Below, one piece after another: positions 1 to 13,297 of a stretch of 64,000 bases of DNA; the first letter of the stretch is position 1, and each line of letters starts with the position of its first letter. Source of the DNA: Lama glama (Eukaryota); assembly GCA_028534125.1 (NCBI GenBank), contig CM052818.1:28522001-28586000 (forward strand). Direction: 5' to 3'. The notes under the pieces are model-generated. The model saw only the letters and a list, made by a program, of their open reading frames with translations. It did no database searches and was not told the origin of the DNA. The position numbers and the translations under genes are program-made.

Positions 1-94
1 CCACAAGTACACAGAACTAATTCTTTTAAGAGGCCATATAATATTACATACTATAGTATAATTATTTTCCATTTAATAAAACCTTAAATGATAT

Positions 95-470
95 TCTTAC
101 TGTCATTAATAACAAACTACCGTAAAAGTGGCTTAACACAACAACAATCATTCCATTTGCTTGTAAATCTGTAAGTGGGAAAGGGCTTGGGAAGGGTCCT
201 CTGTACACCATGTGGCATCAGATGGGGTGGTTTCACCAATGGCTGCTTAATCTGCTTGCAAGATGGCTTATCCACATGGCTGGTAAGTTGGTAATGACTG
301 TTGGCTGAGACCTCAGATTGCCAACCAGAAACTGTTACTTAACCTAGGAAGTCAAATAGCTTCATGTGCACAGGACTTAGTCAGTGAAGCCACAAACCCA
401 GCCCAGGATTAAGAAGTGAGGAGACAGACTCTCTCAATAAGGGAGTAATAAGTTTCCAGAAATTTGTGGG
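95..470 (-). mobile_element. MaLR LTR (MLT1H/I/J-like), degenerate
   Basis: AACAAACTAC..AGTGGCTTAACACAACAACAATCATT and CAAGATGGCTTATCCACATGGCTGGTAAGTTGG resemble the reverse complement of MLT1 LTRs. Confidence 0.7.
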
Positions 471-620
471 CAATGATAAATATTTTTACTGACATCTTGA
501 AAAAAATATAATGTATTACAGCCTATTTCCACGCCCTTCAGTATATGCAACTGCATACTTCTTGATGCACATCTGTGAATTGCAGTGGCCATATTTCCCA
601 GTATTTCTAATCTATTACTC

Positions 621-656
621 ATCTATCTATCTATCTGTCTATCTATCTATCTATCT
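621..656. repeat. (CTAT)n tetranucleotide microsatellite, imperfect
   Basis: ATCTATCTATCTATCTGTCTATCTATCTATCTATCT read directly. Confidence 0.95.
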
Positions 657-659
657 TAG

Positions 660-1345
660 TCATTCTAATATTCTATCAAAAGGCAATACACACAGTATAT
701 GAGAGGTTCACTTTTCAACACAAATAACTCACACTAGATTTTTTTATTTTGCCAATCTTATGGGTGAAAATATCTCACTGGCTGAGTTTACAGTGCCTTA
801 ATTACTATTTGTGCTATGTAATTTTTATACTCATTACTAAATTTAATTTTCTTTTCTGTGCCCTGCTTAATAGTTTCCACATCTTTCACTAGGATTTTTT
901 AATGAATATGCAAGATTATTTTATATTGGTTTTTTTACTACTATATAATTTATTTTATGAATTGCAAAAATTTCTCCAGTATTTTCTTTCATATTTTTAT
1001 TTTCTACACTTTTTACAGAGTTTTATGGTATGTAAATAAGTTTACAGGCTAAATTTATAGTCTGTCAACATATTTTCTATTATGCCTCTTGTATTTTATG
1101 ACTTGCATAGGAAAGCCTTACACACCACTACTCTAAAACATTTACCTTTACTTTCTTCTAATGAGTGAAAGGTTGTTTTTAAATGTTTATCTTTTAATGT
1201 AATATGAGTTTTACTTGAGAATGATGAGAGGTAGGTAAACAGTTTTCTTTTTATGAGAGGTAGTCAATTATTATATTATAATTTATTGATAGTTCACATT
1301 TGCCTCTATGAACTGAAGATATCAATATTATTATTCATACCTCTC
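660..1345 (-). mobile_element. Old L1 (L1M) ORF2 3' region fragment
   Basis: TTTTGCCAATCTTATGGGTGAAAATATCTCA and T-rich composition match antisense L1 ORF2 end. Confidence 0.6.
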
Positions 1346-1499
1346 TTTATATATAATAATCTTTGAGAAGAATATAATATTTGTAATAGACATAATATAT
1401 AGAATATACATTATATAACATACACACATACATATAACATTTATAGATTGTTGGACATATCCAATAATCCATTTTGGGGCCAATTTCATGCTTCCTAAA

Positions 1500-1840
1500 A
1501 ATAATAGTTTTGTTCTTATGTAATTTACATACCATAAAATTCACCCTTTTAAAGCATACAATTTAGTGGGTCTTAGTGCACTCACAGAGTTATGCAACCG
1601 TTATCAGTATCTACTTCCAGAACATTTCATCTCCTCAAAAAGAAACTTCAAACCCAGTAGCCAGTCAGTCCCAGTTCTCCCCTCCTCCCAGACCCAGGCA
1701 ACCACTAATCTATTTTCCATCTCTATTGATTCACCTACTCAGGACACTGTATAAAAATGAAATTATATAATGTGTGGCCTTACACGCTTGGCTTCTTGAC
1801 TTGCCATGTTTTCAAGGATGATCATATCCCAGCATGTATT
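1500..1840 (-). mobile_element. L1MB7/8-like 3' UTR
   Basis: TAATTTACATACCATAAAATTCACCCTTTTAAAG..CAGGCAACCACTAATCTATTTTCCATCTCTAT is the typical antisense L1MB 3' end. Confidence 0.85.
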
Positions 1841-3099
1841 TATTCTGTGACAAGAGTCAAAAAGTAATTCTCTTTTTCTAGCTGCTCAGCTAAACATAAA
1901 TACCATGTTTAAAAATAGCACTTGATTTTTGAAGAGAGAAATGTTCAAAGGGTTCTCTAGAGTCCACTTCCTTAATAAAATGTTTGCTGAGTATTTCTTT
2001 TTCTTGGAAATTATGGTTCTTGCTAGAGTAGTAGAGGAATTTTCATGGCTTAAAGTGATAAGCAGTAGCACTGTACTAAGAACATACTGATTGCTAGGGT
2101 TTGGATAAGGATTATCCTTTTTCAATACCTGTAATTAATTACTTTCTAAATGTAATGTAAGAACTATGAAATATTCTTCACATTTTATTAGAGCAACCTT
2201 TTTTTTTTAAACTTCCTTTTCCACAGTGAATAGAGGAACCTGGTTCATTGCAAGCCTAAAAGTACCACTTTGAAGTGTACAACTTTTCAAAAGACAATTT
2301 ATATGAGACACCAAAATTAGAAATAGTAAATATATATATGTATGTCCCAGTGTTAGACTTCATTATTCATACTTAAATCGTCGGGTCTATATTTAACTAT
2401 TTGGGGAAAGCAGAATAGAAAGAAATGAACACTGTTGCAAACCATCATATAAATAGCTTTCCCATAAGAATGTCACCAATAGTTTAAGTTTCTTTATAAA
2501 GCCAAGTCAACAATAAACTGCACTTTATTGCAAATGAAATTAATGTAGAAATCTCTGTTGTAATCTTCAAAAGAGAATAAAATTTTTCTCTCACCTGAAT
2601 ATTGATAGCAAATTAATGATGAGAATCATTAATTAGGAATTGGAATCAAATATAGTTTTAATAGTATGTGAATAATAATCTACCTAGAAAATTTGAAAAT
2701 AGGGGATTGTTGCTATGTATATACACAGACAGATTCTCCATATTATGAGGAAGATATGCCTAAAGCTGATTGATAAAATCAAGGTACCAGATGGAGCCTT
2801 TTAAGAGAGAGCATATGCATAGAAAAGGAGAGAATTCTTTTGCTTCAAAACGTTTTATGATTTTTTGAATTTCCTGGATTAAGTGCCAAACTACTTACTA
2901 CTCAAATTTCTATAACATCTTGTCTAACCTCAGTTAGTCTATCTATCATTAGTTTCCATTAGTTCCCTACTCAAACATGTAAGTCTAATCAAACTGATCT
3001 GTTCTTTCTACCCTAATTAATTCATGCACTGGTATTTTAGTTTGCAATGTCTTCCCATCCGTATTTGATTTTATGTTTCATCTCTTCCTTAAGGTCTAT

Positions 3100-3595
3100 T
3101 GTCAAGAACTTAAAAGGATCACTAGTTAAAAGCTAACAAGTTAGTCTACCAGAGTTTCATGATGTTGACAGAAGACATAAAACTCCTGGGTTAGAAACAA
3201 AGGCCTTTATTAATCACAGAATAGCAAGCTTCATGAATCTCATGCTTGCATTGGTTCTCCTTGCCCCCACATCTCACGAAGGTGACATGGAGCAACAGAG
3301 GTTGATGTTATATATGCAGAGGGTTTGTGTCACAGCAGAGGAATTCAAGATTCGGAAACCTGAATCTCTTACAATGGATGCAAACAAGCCTGCCCAAACT
3401 ATGTCCCCGAGGGAAGCATTATCTTTACCATATCGGACAGCCTTCTGATCAGGAAGGAGAGATACACTATTTCTACCTTTCATGGCTGTTTAGTATACAA
3501 ACATCCTTGTAAAGATAGTCCAGAAAAAAAGCTGTTTGTAGAAACAATGTCTGTGCTCATAGGACATGAGACCCATGAACAATTACCTCCCAACA
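3100..3595 (-). mobile_element. ERVL solo LTR, MER76-like, inserted in an L2 fragment
   Basis: TG...CA termini; minus strand begins TGTTGGGAGGTAATTGTTCATGGGTCTC and contains CTGGACTATCTTTACAAGGATGTTTGTATA, like MER76. Confidence 0.75.
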
Positions 3596-4369
3596 TACAT
3601 TACTCTCAAAAAGGCTGCCATTAGTACCCAAGTCCTGTCCCCACTACATTTTCTGGACTTCCACCAAACATTCAGTGCATACTTTCACATTTATTTGTAC
3701 CTTATCTTCAATTAGAGAGTGCTTATTTAGTACAATGCCTGGCACCTACTAAGCATGCAATGTATGTCAGCTATGATCATTTTATTTGTTTCATTCTGGG
3801 TATATAGCTATTTCACATACGAGAGAATAAATCTTTTCATAGCAAGGACAGTATCATGTTGGTAATCTTAGTGACTAGCATACACAGAAGGAGTATACAC
3901 TTGAGTGCTTCAGACTCTCCCTCTAACTGCAATTACTCCTAAGTTCCTTATTAAGTTTTTTATGAAAGTATGAGAGTCTAAAGGACAAATAATCTCTGCT
4001 CCAAAATTAGGCTCCCTTAGTGACTAATGTCAAAACTTTCTACTCTTCCACCTTCTGAATGACTGGATGCCTTAAGTACCCCTGGCTCTCTAGCACACTG
4101 GATACATAATCTCTTTGGTCTGCCAAAAATTTCCTGGATTTATGACCTGAGTAGCTAAGTATCTCACATACAGTCTTGAGTTTGTCTAGGAATCCTACCC
4201 TTCCACTGCCAAAGAGCATGTTAACATCTTTCTGGATGCATGTTGACCTCACTAGACTTACCTACACTCTGGTTCAAACTCACTAGTTAGTGAATTGAGT
4301 CAAATTATCTGTGTTCGACCAACAGATGACCATCTCATTTTTCCTACCATTTTCAGCTTTTCACTTCCA

Positions 4370-4605
4370 GGAGCAATATAAAACGGTGCCTAAGAGTGCA
4401 GACCCTGGACACTATTCTAGAATCACATCTTGGTTTTGCCACTTTACATGGCTCTTGGGGGAATAATCACTCTGTACTGGGTTTCCTCATGTATAAAATG
4501 TAGAGAACACTCCCCAATTCAGGAAACTATTGTGAGATACTACATGTAAAGCCCTTAACAAAGTATCAATAAATGGTAATTGTTCAATAAATGTTAAGTA
4601 TTATT
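4370..4605 (+). mobile_element. MIR SINE
   Basis: Core GGTTTCCTCATGTATAAAATG and tail TTCAATAAATGTTAAGTATTATT. Confidence 0.75.
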
Positions 4606-6069
4606 GCATATTACTGTTACTGTTATCATTATTATCACTATTATTATTATCATTCCCTGAGGAACTTGAATTATAATTCACAAAACTGGATGGGTTATTA
4701 TTCACATGATTAATTAAATAAAACAAGTCATAATCCTGCCATCATTTCAATGCCCAGGAATCCTACTCAAGCCAGAGAGACTGACTGAGCCACTGAAGTA
4801 AAATTCTGGTACAAAGATGCTGGAATCTCCGTTTGCTCAAGATTCTATTCTTGAGCCTGGTCCAGCAGAACCGTTGGGATACCTGTGTCCTCCTACCTCA
4901 TTCTCTATCCTTCTATCAGGTTCAAATGTTTTTCTGAGAAATAACTGCTGGGAAGAATCTGGAAAGGGACTAGAAGCAGTAATGGTTGAACAATCTCAAG
5001 AAGGAAGATAGAAATTGGACATATTATTCTAGGAAATTAAAAAGGAAGATGGTTTCATAACTATCTCCAAAACTGCAAATGGTAATCACCTTTTATTAAG
5101 ATAGAAAGAGAAGAAAACAGGGTTAAAATATAATAAGAGAAATTTAGTTTTCTTATAATGTATTTAAAAGGAATCATTACTCAAACCCCACAGTATAGAA
5201 GGAGGAGGGCAAAGGATTGTAAAGACGCCCTTGAAACGTTTATACATTCTATACATTATTCACTTTTTATTACCTCTCAAAAGCCTCTGCTAAAGATAAG
5301 TGTCATTATGTATGCAAATAAGAGAACTGTGCAATGAAAAATAATTCTTATGCTGCTCATAGTTTAAAGTGTTTTTAATTGAATCATTTAAAGTAGACAC
5401 ATAGGCCTACTTAAAACAATATGAAAACAAACAGAAAAGGCCACATACTTGGTAAACTGTTACTTTTTAATATTGTTCACGATTGATACCAAAGCATGAC
5501 TCAAAAATATGGAGACATTATAAGTTAAATATTTGAAATGCAAAATTTTATTTTCTGTTTGTTTTTCCTCTTGTTTTATGTGAAAGATAAGACTACTGAA
5601 TAAATGCATTGCTTGTGTCAAAATGTATGTCTGAAACAAGGCCTATTTTTGGTTTATACCTCATTGAGAGAACTGTGGCCTCATTTTCTCTTTCACATTA
5701 TTTAATATTTGGCTGCAGCTGCTCTTTGGCAGTAGGTAGGGTATTTGTTAATTCTTCTGTGTTGCATAAACATTTTTACTTCAAAGAGATTGCCTGTCTA
5801 TATCCCAGTGGAATTATTTCCAGCCAGATGTCTCATTCTGTCCAACATCTTTAATGTTTTCAAAATCATCTTGGGTGTTGTTAACAGGGTATCACTAGAT
5901 ACAACTTAAAAGTTTGTAATGGGAAGTAGTACATGCATTCAGTCTGTTTGTGCAACATGTACTCTTGCTTCTGAAGTCTTTGGGGATTTTCTTTTATACA
6001 CTATTCTCCTAACATCTTAATTTCCTCTCCAGGTGACTTAATTATGTAGTCATGGTAAATATTATCTTC

Positions 6070-6680
6070 CCATTTGACAAATATTTATTAAAATGCTAAT
6101 AGGATCCAGACATTGAACAAAGCACTGGGATAAGGTGTGATGCCTTCATCATAAAACCTATGATCCAGTTAGGAGAAAAAGGAGCACTGTAGAAGTTAAC
6201 TCTAGTACAAAAGAGATCAGATACAATGGGCCACAAAAGCCCAGATCTGGGAGCTCTAAATATTGTTGGGTGAGAGAAGAAATATTTCAAGCAAGGCCTC
6301 TGTGTCCTAGAAGCACAAGGAAAATAACTCCAAGAAGAGGGCACGCTTAAGCAAAAGTACACAAGGATGATGTGGTTTTTTTCCAAAAGCAGAAAGTAAC
6401 TGCATCAACTGAAGAAAGCTTGGGAGAAAAAACTGTGTACTGTGCTGAGATAGCTGGCTATATCCTATAGAGCAAAGAAAGTATTAAAAGTTTAAAACAG
6501 GATGTAACATGGCCAGATTTATATTTGACAAAGATAAATCTGCAGGTCACATGTTGGACAGATTGTATGGGAGATAAAGTTAAGTAGCCATATCAGTTAA
6601 GAAGTACTTGAGTCACTACCCATGAGAGATTGAACTAGCACTAAAAATGGAGAAAAGAGACATAATTCAAGAATAGACTA
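6070..6680 (-). mobile_element. L2 LINE 3' fragment
   Basis: ATTTGACAAATATTTATTAAAATGC tail, then purine-rich antisense L2 body (AAACAGGATGTAACATGGCCAGATTTATATTT). Confidence 0.65.
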
Positions 6681-7349
6681 TTCAGAAGCTATTTCAGTCC
6701 AACATCTAACACATAACCACAAGAAGGGCTCAATAAATGCCACTTGAATGAAGAACAAAAAGTTAATGCATTAAAAATGGATTTCAAATGTAAAACTGCA
6801 GGAGCTTTGAAGATGAAGGAGTCATATTTTATGCTTTTACACATTCTCTTCATTTTACCCGCCCCCCGTATTAAAAGCAGGAATATTTCAAACTACAAAC
6901 AATGTATTCATATTTGTAGATTTCCAACAGATTGGTAGTTTCTTTTATTTTTTTCCTTTCCGTAATGTCTGTATTATAATAAGAAGATGTTCCTCAGGAT
7001 ATCCTGGGATTACACTGCTCAGTTTAATAACCAGTTGGCACGGGCTTTACATCTGCCCTTTTGCTGATGAGCCCAAACATTCCAATTCAGTGAAGTTCCA
7101 AGAACATTTTCTGCATTAGAGGTTTGGGTCATAATGGGAAGAGAAATCTGGCTGTATTCCACAGCTCCTCTCATGTTACCAATCAAGAGAGTACCAAGAA
7201 ACTGGAGTAAACCAGAACTCCTAGGAATTCTTACACTATGTGTTTAAGAGTGAGAATTTACTCACACCAGCACCTTTCACCATTACCCTGCTCTCCTATT
7301 CCTGTTTTCCACAAGCTCCTTTTACCAAGAAAGACATAACTCACTTCTC

Positions 7350-7502
7350 AATTTTATAAAATTTAACTTTGATACAATACTACCATCTAACCTACAGTCC
7401 ATTTCCTACCTATTCCAATAATATCTTTATAGAATTTGTTTTCTAGTTCAAGAGAGATCCAGGAACTCTTATTACATTTAGCTGATGTATCTTTTTAGAC
7501 TC
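7350..7502 (-). mobile_element. L1MC4/5-like 3' UTR fragment, cut by the gap
   Basis: AATTTAACTTTGATACAATACTACCATCTAACCTACAGTCCAT..TTACATTTAGCTGATGTATCTTTTTAG. Confidence 0.65.
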
Positions 7503-8002
7503 NNNNNNNNNNNNNNNNNNNNNNNNNNNNNNNNNNNNNNNNNNNNNNNNNNNNNNNNNNNNNNNNNNNNNNNNNNNNNNNNNNNNNNNNNNNNNNNNNN
7601 NNNNNNNNNNNNNNNNNNNNNNNNNNNNNNNNNNNNNNNNNNNNNNNNNNNNNNNNNNNNNNNNNNNNNNNNNNNNNNNNNNNNNNNNNNNNNNNNNNNN
7701 NNNNNNNNNNNNNNNNNNNNNNNNNNNNNNNNNNNNNNNNNNNNNNNNNNNNNNNNNNNNNNNNNNNNNNNNNNNNNNNNNNNNNNNNNNNNNNNNNNNN
7801 NNNNNNNNNNNNNNNNNNNNNNNNNNNNNNNNNNNNNNNNNNNNNNNNNNNNNNNNNNNNNNNNNNNNNNNNNNNNNNNNNNNNNNNNNNNNNNNNNNNN
7901 NNNNNNNNNNNNNNNNNNNNNNNNNNNNNNNNNNNNNNNNNNNNNNNNNNNNNNNNNNNNNNNNNNNNNNNNNNNNNNNNNNNNNNNNNNNNNNNNNNNN
8001 NN
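7503..8002. other. Assembly gap (exactly 500 N)
   Basis: Run of N; the round number suggests a scaffolding placeholder of unknown true size. Confidence 0.99.
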
Positions 8003-9400
8003 TGGCTATATGGAAAATCTTCAGCCCACACTGTATTTTTCTGAGTTTCTTGAAACTCTCCACCATTACATTGCTGTGGCTGATGTGTTCTTGAGATATC
8101 TGGTATCTATATTGCTTATTTTTATAAACAATTTGGTCATTTTGCCTGTGGGCTCCAAGAATGTTTCATTTGTCTTTAAAGTCTAATAATTTTATCTTCA
8201 TACATATTTGAGTAATTTATCTGGCCCAAGTTTTTAAGTTAAATGAGTTCTTTCAATATGTTGAAATACAGATTTAATTTTTGCTGGAAAATTGTTTTTG
8301 AATTACTGTTAAAAACACTAGTTTAGTTCACTGTTTCACTAGTCTTCTGAAGAGATTCTAGTTCCATGTATGTAGATTTCTTTGCATGCCCTCCATTTTA
8401 AGCACTTTTTTCCAGCTGTTGTTTTTTTTTTTTTTTGTCATTTTTATATTGGTGGTTATTTTCCTGCTTTTCTTTCAATGTCCTTATTAACTTTTCATTT
8501 AGTTTTATTATTCCTTGAGCACCTTGAATTTTATCCTTCATTTATCATATTTGTAAATTTTTCTTTTAATTTCTTACCTGAGTTCTATCAACTCTTTTCT
8601 ATTTGCTTATTTTTGCTCTTAATTCTTGAATTTAGAGTCTATTTTTCAAAAAATATATCTAACTGATTTATTGAATTCATTAGAGATTGTTCTGTTATAT
8701 ATTTGTTCTCCCTTTGACTGGATATTTAGAAACATTTATAACAGATTAAAATCTTTCTGGGTAGTTTTGTTTTGGTTTGGTTTCTGGGCAGTTTGGTATG
8801 AATTACTCTGATTTTTTCTATTTTGATCATTTGTGGACCAGGTTCCTAACTCATGAGTGCTCTCTTCAGTACAGTGACATGTAGTTTCATCAATGGTTGG
8901 CACTGAGGATGGAGGAAGAGGATGGACTAGCTTATTGTGTGGTTCTATGTTGTTTCTGCATGACCTTTAATTTTCCCCTCTTTTTCCCCCTCATCACTTC
9001 TACGTGTCTAAGGAATATCTCTTCGGCCAGAAGCAATGCTCTAAGGCTGCATTTCCAATGCCACTCTCTTTTAGGTTCCTTGCTCCAGCCACTGCTGTGA
9101 ACTACCAAGTCTCTCATCAGTAATCTGGTGCTTAGTGTTGGACTTTTTCTTTCTGAGATTGACTTTTTTTTTTCCTGAGCGTTGTCTGTGATTTCATTTT
9201 CCCTTTTCTCTTCACCGTCTGTGCTCTATTTAGACTTTTCCTTCTCTGCACGAATCTCTTATGGGCATTTATAAGCCTGCATCCCTGAAGGTTGTAAGTG
9301 TTGGAATTTTGTGTCCCTAATCCTTACTCACAAGTAAATTGAAATTCAGAATATTTTCTGACGCCTATGAATAATGATAACTTTTTTTTCTGTGACTGTC
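8003..9400 (-). mobile_element. Ancient L1/HAL1 ORF1-5' region, highly diverged
   Basis: Very T-rich; TTTGTCTTTAAAGTCTAATAATTTTA and similar motifs resemble the antisense ORF1 region. Confidence 0.5.
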
Positions 9401-9559
9401 TATTTAGGCTTCTCCACGTGCATATATTTACTTATATTTTTATATGTTTGAATCAGTAACATATTCAATTTTTATTCTGCTTTTTCACTTGGCTTTATAT
9501 CAATTATCCCATGTTTGCATAAACTTTATAATGCCTTTTCAAGTTTGAAAACTTTTTAA

Positions 9560-9970
9560 ATATAGTTTTCCATTTCCCGAAGTAATACAGATTTAGAAAT
9601 CTTACAAAATATAAAAACTAACAATGAAACTGGAAGAGAGTAATTCCATATTCCAAAGGCAAACACCAATGATATTTAAATTTTTCCCTTCCAGAATGTT
9701 TTTCTACACAGATTGACAGAGATGAAACTGTACCCGAAATTTGGCATACTGCTTTTTTTCATTTATCTGTGTTTCATAATTGTTTTCTATGTAATTTAAA
9801 TTATTCATAAACATAATTTTGAATGTACTCCTAGTATTCACCATATGGGCATTCTCCTAATGTTGACTGCAATTTTCATTATCAACAAAAATTCTACAAT
9901 GAACATTTTCATACATAAATTTGCATTCATATTTCAGATTATTTTCTTAGAGTATATTTCCAGAAGGGGA
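9560..9970 (-). mobile_element. L1ME-like 3' UTR fragment
   Basis: TACAATGAACATTTTCATACATAAAT..GATTATTTTCTTAGAGTATATTTCCAGAAG. Confidence 0.6.
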
Positions 9971-10319
9971 GTACAAACCCACAGCATCATTACTACTGAA
10001 TAGTTAATTCTGATTCATTTTCAGTTGCTTGGAAGCATGATTTTAAGTGTCCTCCTATAAAGGTGAGGGTGGTAGCTATACTTCTGCAGTATGTACATAT
10101 CTGGAATTGGTTATTCTTGCCCTCATATATGATAAGTAATCTGAAATAGTATCAACTATTGACCCCCATTTAAGAAATTTCCCTACCCTACAGATATTGC
10201 TCTGTTAGCTTCCGTCACTTAATAATGCGCACACTCTCAGAGCAGCCTGCTTTGCTCCCTTGAGGCTTATGTATTTTTCCCGCCTGGAATTCTATCTATT
10301 GATAACTTATAAGTTTATA

Positions 10320-11370
10320 TCTCTAGTCAGAGTGCTCCTCTGAACACTAAGGACATGTATGCCGTAGTTCCATTACCCTCTTCACTCTGATAACTCATAG
10401 GCATCTCAGTTTTAACAGGGGTCTCAAACTTAACCAACCTCAAAACAGCCCTCTTGGTCTCCTCCCACACCACACAGAAACACACACACTCTACAAACCT
10501 GCTATACTCCAGCACATGTACTTGACCACCCAAATTTTTGCTTAAGATAAAAATTTGGATCCTCTCAGTTTCTTACTTTTCTTCATATCCTACATCAACT
10601 ATCTCAACAACTGTATGAATCAAGCCTTCAAAGCATAACATAATGTGTTTACTCCTCTCCATGTGCACTGCTAACACACCGGTCTACTATGTCTTGCCTA
10701 GAATACTTCAGTGACTTCTTGAAAGACCTCCTAGATATTTCCTTATGCTCCATTCTTCCACAGAAGCAAAGGTGATATTTTTGTTAAAAAGTAAGTCTTA
10801 TTTTTACTAATCCTGATCTTAAAAATCTTCCAGGGGCTTCTAATAGTAGTAACAATAAAATCCCAAGTCCTCACGCTGGTTTACAGTGTCCTAGATAATC
10901 TGTCTCTATTTTCCTCTCTGATCTGTGACATTACTCTCCCTCTTGCTCAGTACAGCCAAAAAATATGTATCTCCTTTCAGTTCCCAAAATATACCAGCTT
11001 ATTCCAATCTTAAAATCTTTTCCACAGTCACTATTCCTTTCCAAAATGTCCCTGACTGTTCCTGTTACAGAATTTTTAAATTCCTGTTCTTATTATTTGT
11101 TGTTCTTGCCTTAGTCTGAAGGCTGTCTTCTCAGAGGGACTCCCCTGAAACCCAACTTTAAGTGACCTCTAATCACTTTCTCTCAAATTACTCACCAGTA
11201 TTGGGTTCATCACAGCACTTGTTAATATTGATGACTTTTTACTTCTCTTCTAATCTGTTTATTTTCTATTTCTCTTTTCATAAAAGCCAAAGCATTTCCA
11301 TTTTCTTTACTTCTATATCCCCAGAATCCAAAAGAGAATTCTATAAATAAGTTTAAATACAGGGATGAAT
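10320..11370 (+). mobile_element. L2a LINE 3' portion
   Basis: CATAGGCATCTCA..CAAACTTAAC, CTTAAAAATCTTCCAGGGGCTTC, AATAAAATCCCAAGTCCTCAC and terminal GATGAAT. Confidence 0.75.
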
Positions 11371-13090
11371 ATTTTCTTTATATTGCAATGTTATTATCTT
11401 AACAAAATTCATCTAAATGTGTTCTCTGACCTCCACATTTCTTAACCATTTTATCAACATTTCATCTCTTTGTACTGCCTCCCTTCTCTCTCTGGGAAGA
11501 GTTTGTCTGTAATGTCAGTTTTAATCTTTCCTACCTCCTATGCAGATCATAATCTTGTAATTCCATTTTCAGGTTCCCTTTATCCTAATGTTTCCTTTTC
11601 TCACCCTTTTCCCTTGCCCCCTTATCTTACTGAGTTTAATTTCAGCTTGCTCCCTCAATATTTATTTACATTTCTGTCTTACCCAGATTACTAATTATTT
11701 GTTAATACTGAGAATGCAAAAATATTTTATTTTCACCTGACTACCAAAGAAACCATTTTTTTCTATCTTCAGAATAATATTAGCTTATTCTACAATATTT
11801 CTGTGTGCCTCATGGTGTATGTATGTATGACTGTTTACTCATTCTTAAACTAGGGAGAAATTCAGCTAGACTCAGTGTTTTCCCCTCGACCAAAAAAGTG
11901 AGTATGCAGATTTTCCTTTGTCTCCCCGAGTTTTTTTAGTTGGATAGAAGCTAAATATGTATAACTCCTTGCCCAATTATTGCTCATGCACTTTCTCTAG
12001 TGTAGCGATGTTGAGCTAAGTGCTGAATTTATGCCGAAGATGAAAAACTAAATTTCCCGATATCTACTGCTACTAGAGCTATCTCTTTCCTCTCCAATCT
12101 TAATACTTGACTGTGAGGATTATGCCTCCCAAGATGCAGTGTATCACTGACTACATCCCTTTCCCCACTGTCTACCTAATTGCTTTACAGATACTAAAAT
12201 ATAATTGTACAAAGTCAGAGACTTCTTGACATTTGGGTGTATAATACCCTGTCTGCCTCAAAGGCTAGCACATAGTACTAGAATACTGGCTGCTCATATT
12301 TCTTGTGCATAAAGACTTTTATTTACTGTGGGGAGAAAAAACAACATAAAGGGTAGAAAAGTAATAAAAACTGTCAATAATTTCAGATGAGGCAATCAGA
12401 TGTGAGCCACTAATAATACACTTTAATCCAGTCCTTCCCACAGTCCTACAGTTAGGGAGAAATCCTCCCAACTTTTGGCAGTAGGTTGCCTCTTTGTCCT
12501 AATTTTCAGGGTTGTGGGTTTGAATATTTTGTTTGTTTGTTTTCCCTTATATTTTAGTAGGAAATTGAAAGAAACTGCTTTTGGGGTGCCAGTCTGAAAA
12601 AGTTTTAAATATGAAGCCTTCTAGCTAGTTCTTAGACAAAACAACACTGCCAGTTGTCTGCATTTGGATAGTGCTTTACAGTGGTGTAGGCTGTACATTT
12701 AATCAAGAAGAAACATCTTCTTCAGGAAAGAAATATCTCTGTTTTAGCAGAAATGGGACTTGCCAATAGGTAAAACAAATCAAGAATAGCCAAGTATCTA
12801 AAATCAAATAATCAATAACAAATTTATTTTTAACTCCCCAGAACGTCTTATAGATTCACCTTTAAGGTTCTTGCTTTGCTCATATTTATAACATGAGTAG
12901 TTCCTAGGATGAAAAAAAATGTGTATTGGAAGAGACTGGCTGTAGGCAAAAGGCATATATGTGATTCTTCAGGCCTGACCACAGCCAATTACATGCAGGG
13001 ATTCTTTAGGATCTCAGAAGATCATGGACTGTGAAAATGAATGGACATTTATATCATGGAAAAATATTTAGCTAAATGATTTTGCTTTTA

Positions 13091-13297
13091 TTTTTATTAT
13101 TTTTTAAACCCCGTGGGGCAGTCTGGCTTTAGATCCTGTATTTTTTTGTTGTTGTTGTGTTAATTCCTTGTGTACAGCATAGTGATTCAATTATACATGT
13201 ATATGTGTACCTTTTCATATTCGTTTTCATTATAGCCTATTACAAGGTATTGACTATAGTTCCTTGTGTTTTATACATTTGGACTTTGTTGCTTAGG
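13091..13297 (-). mobile_element. 5'-truncated cetartiodactyl-type L1 3' UTR with poly(A) and TSD
   Basis: TGTACAGCATAGTGATTCAATTATACAT..TATTACAAGGTATTGACTATAGTTCCTTGTG; flanked by TTTTGCTTTTA at 13080-13090 and 13298-13308. Confidence 0.85.

Noticed and set aside
7443..8186. Long ORFs of 178-233 aa
   Set aside because: They are artefacts of translating through the 500-N gap
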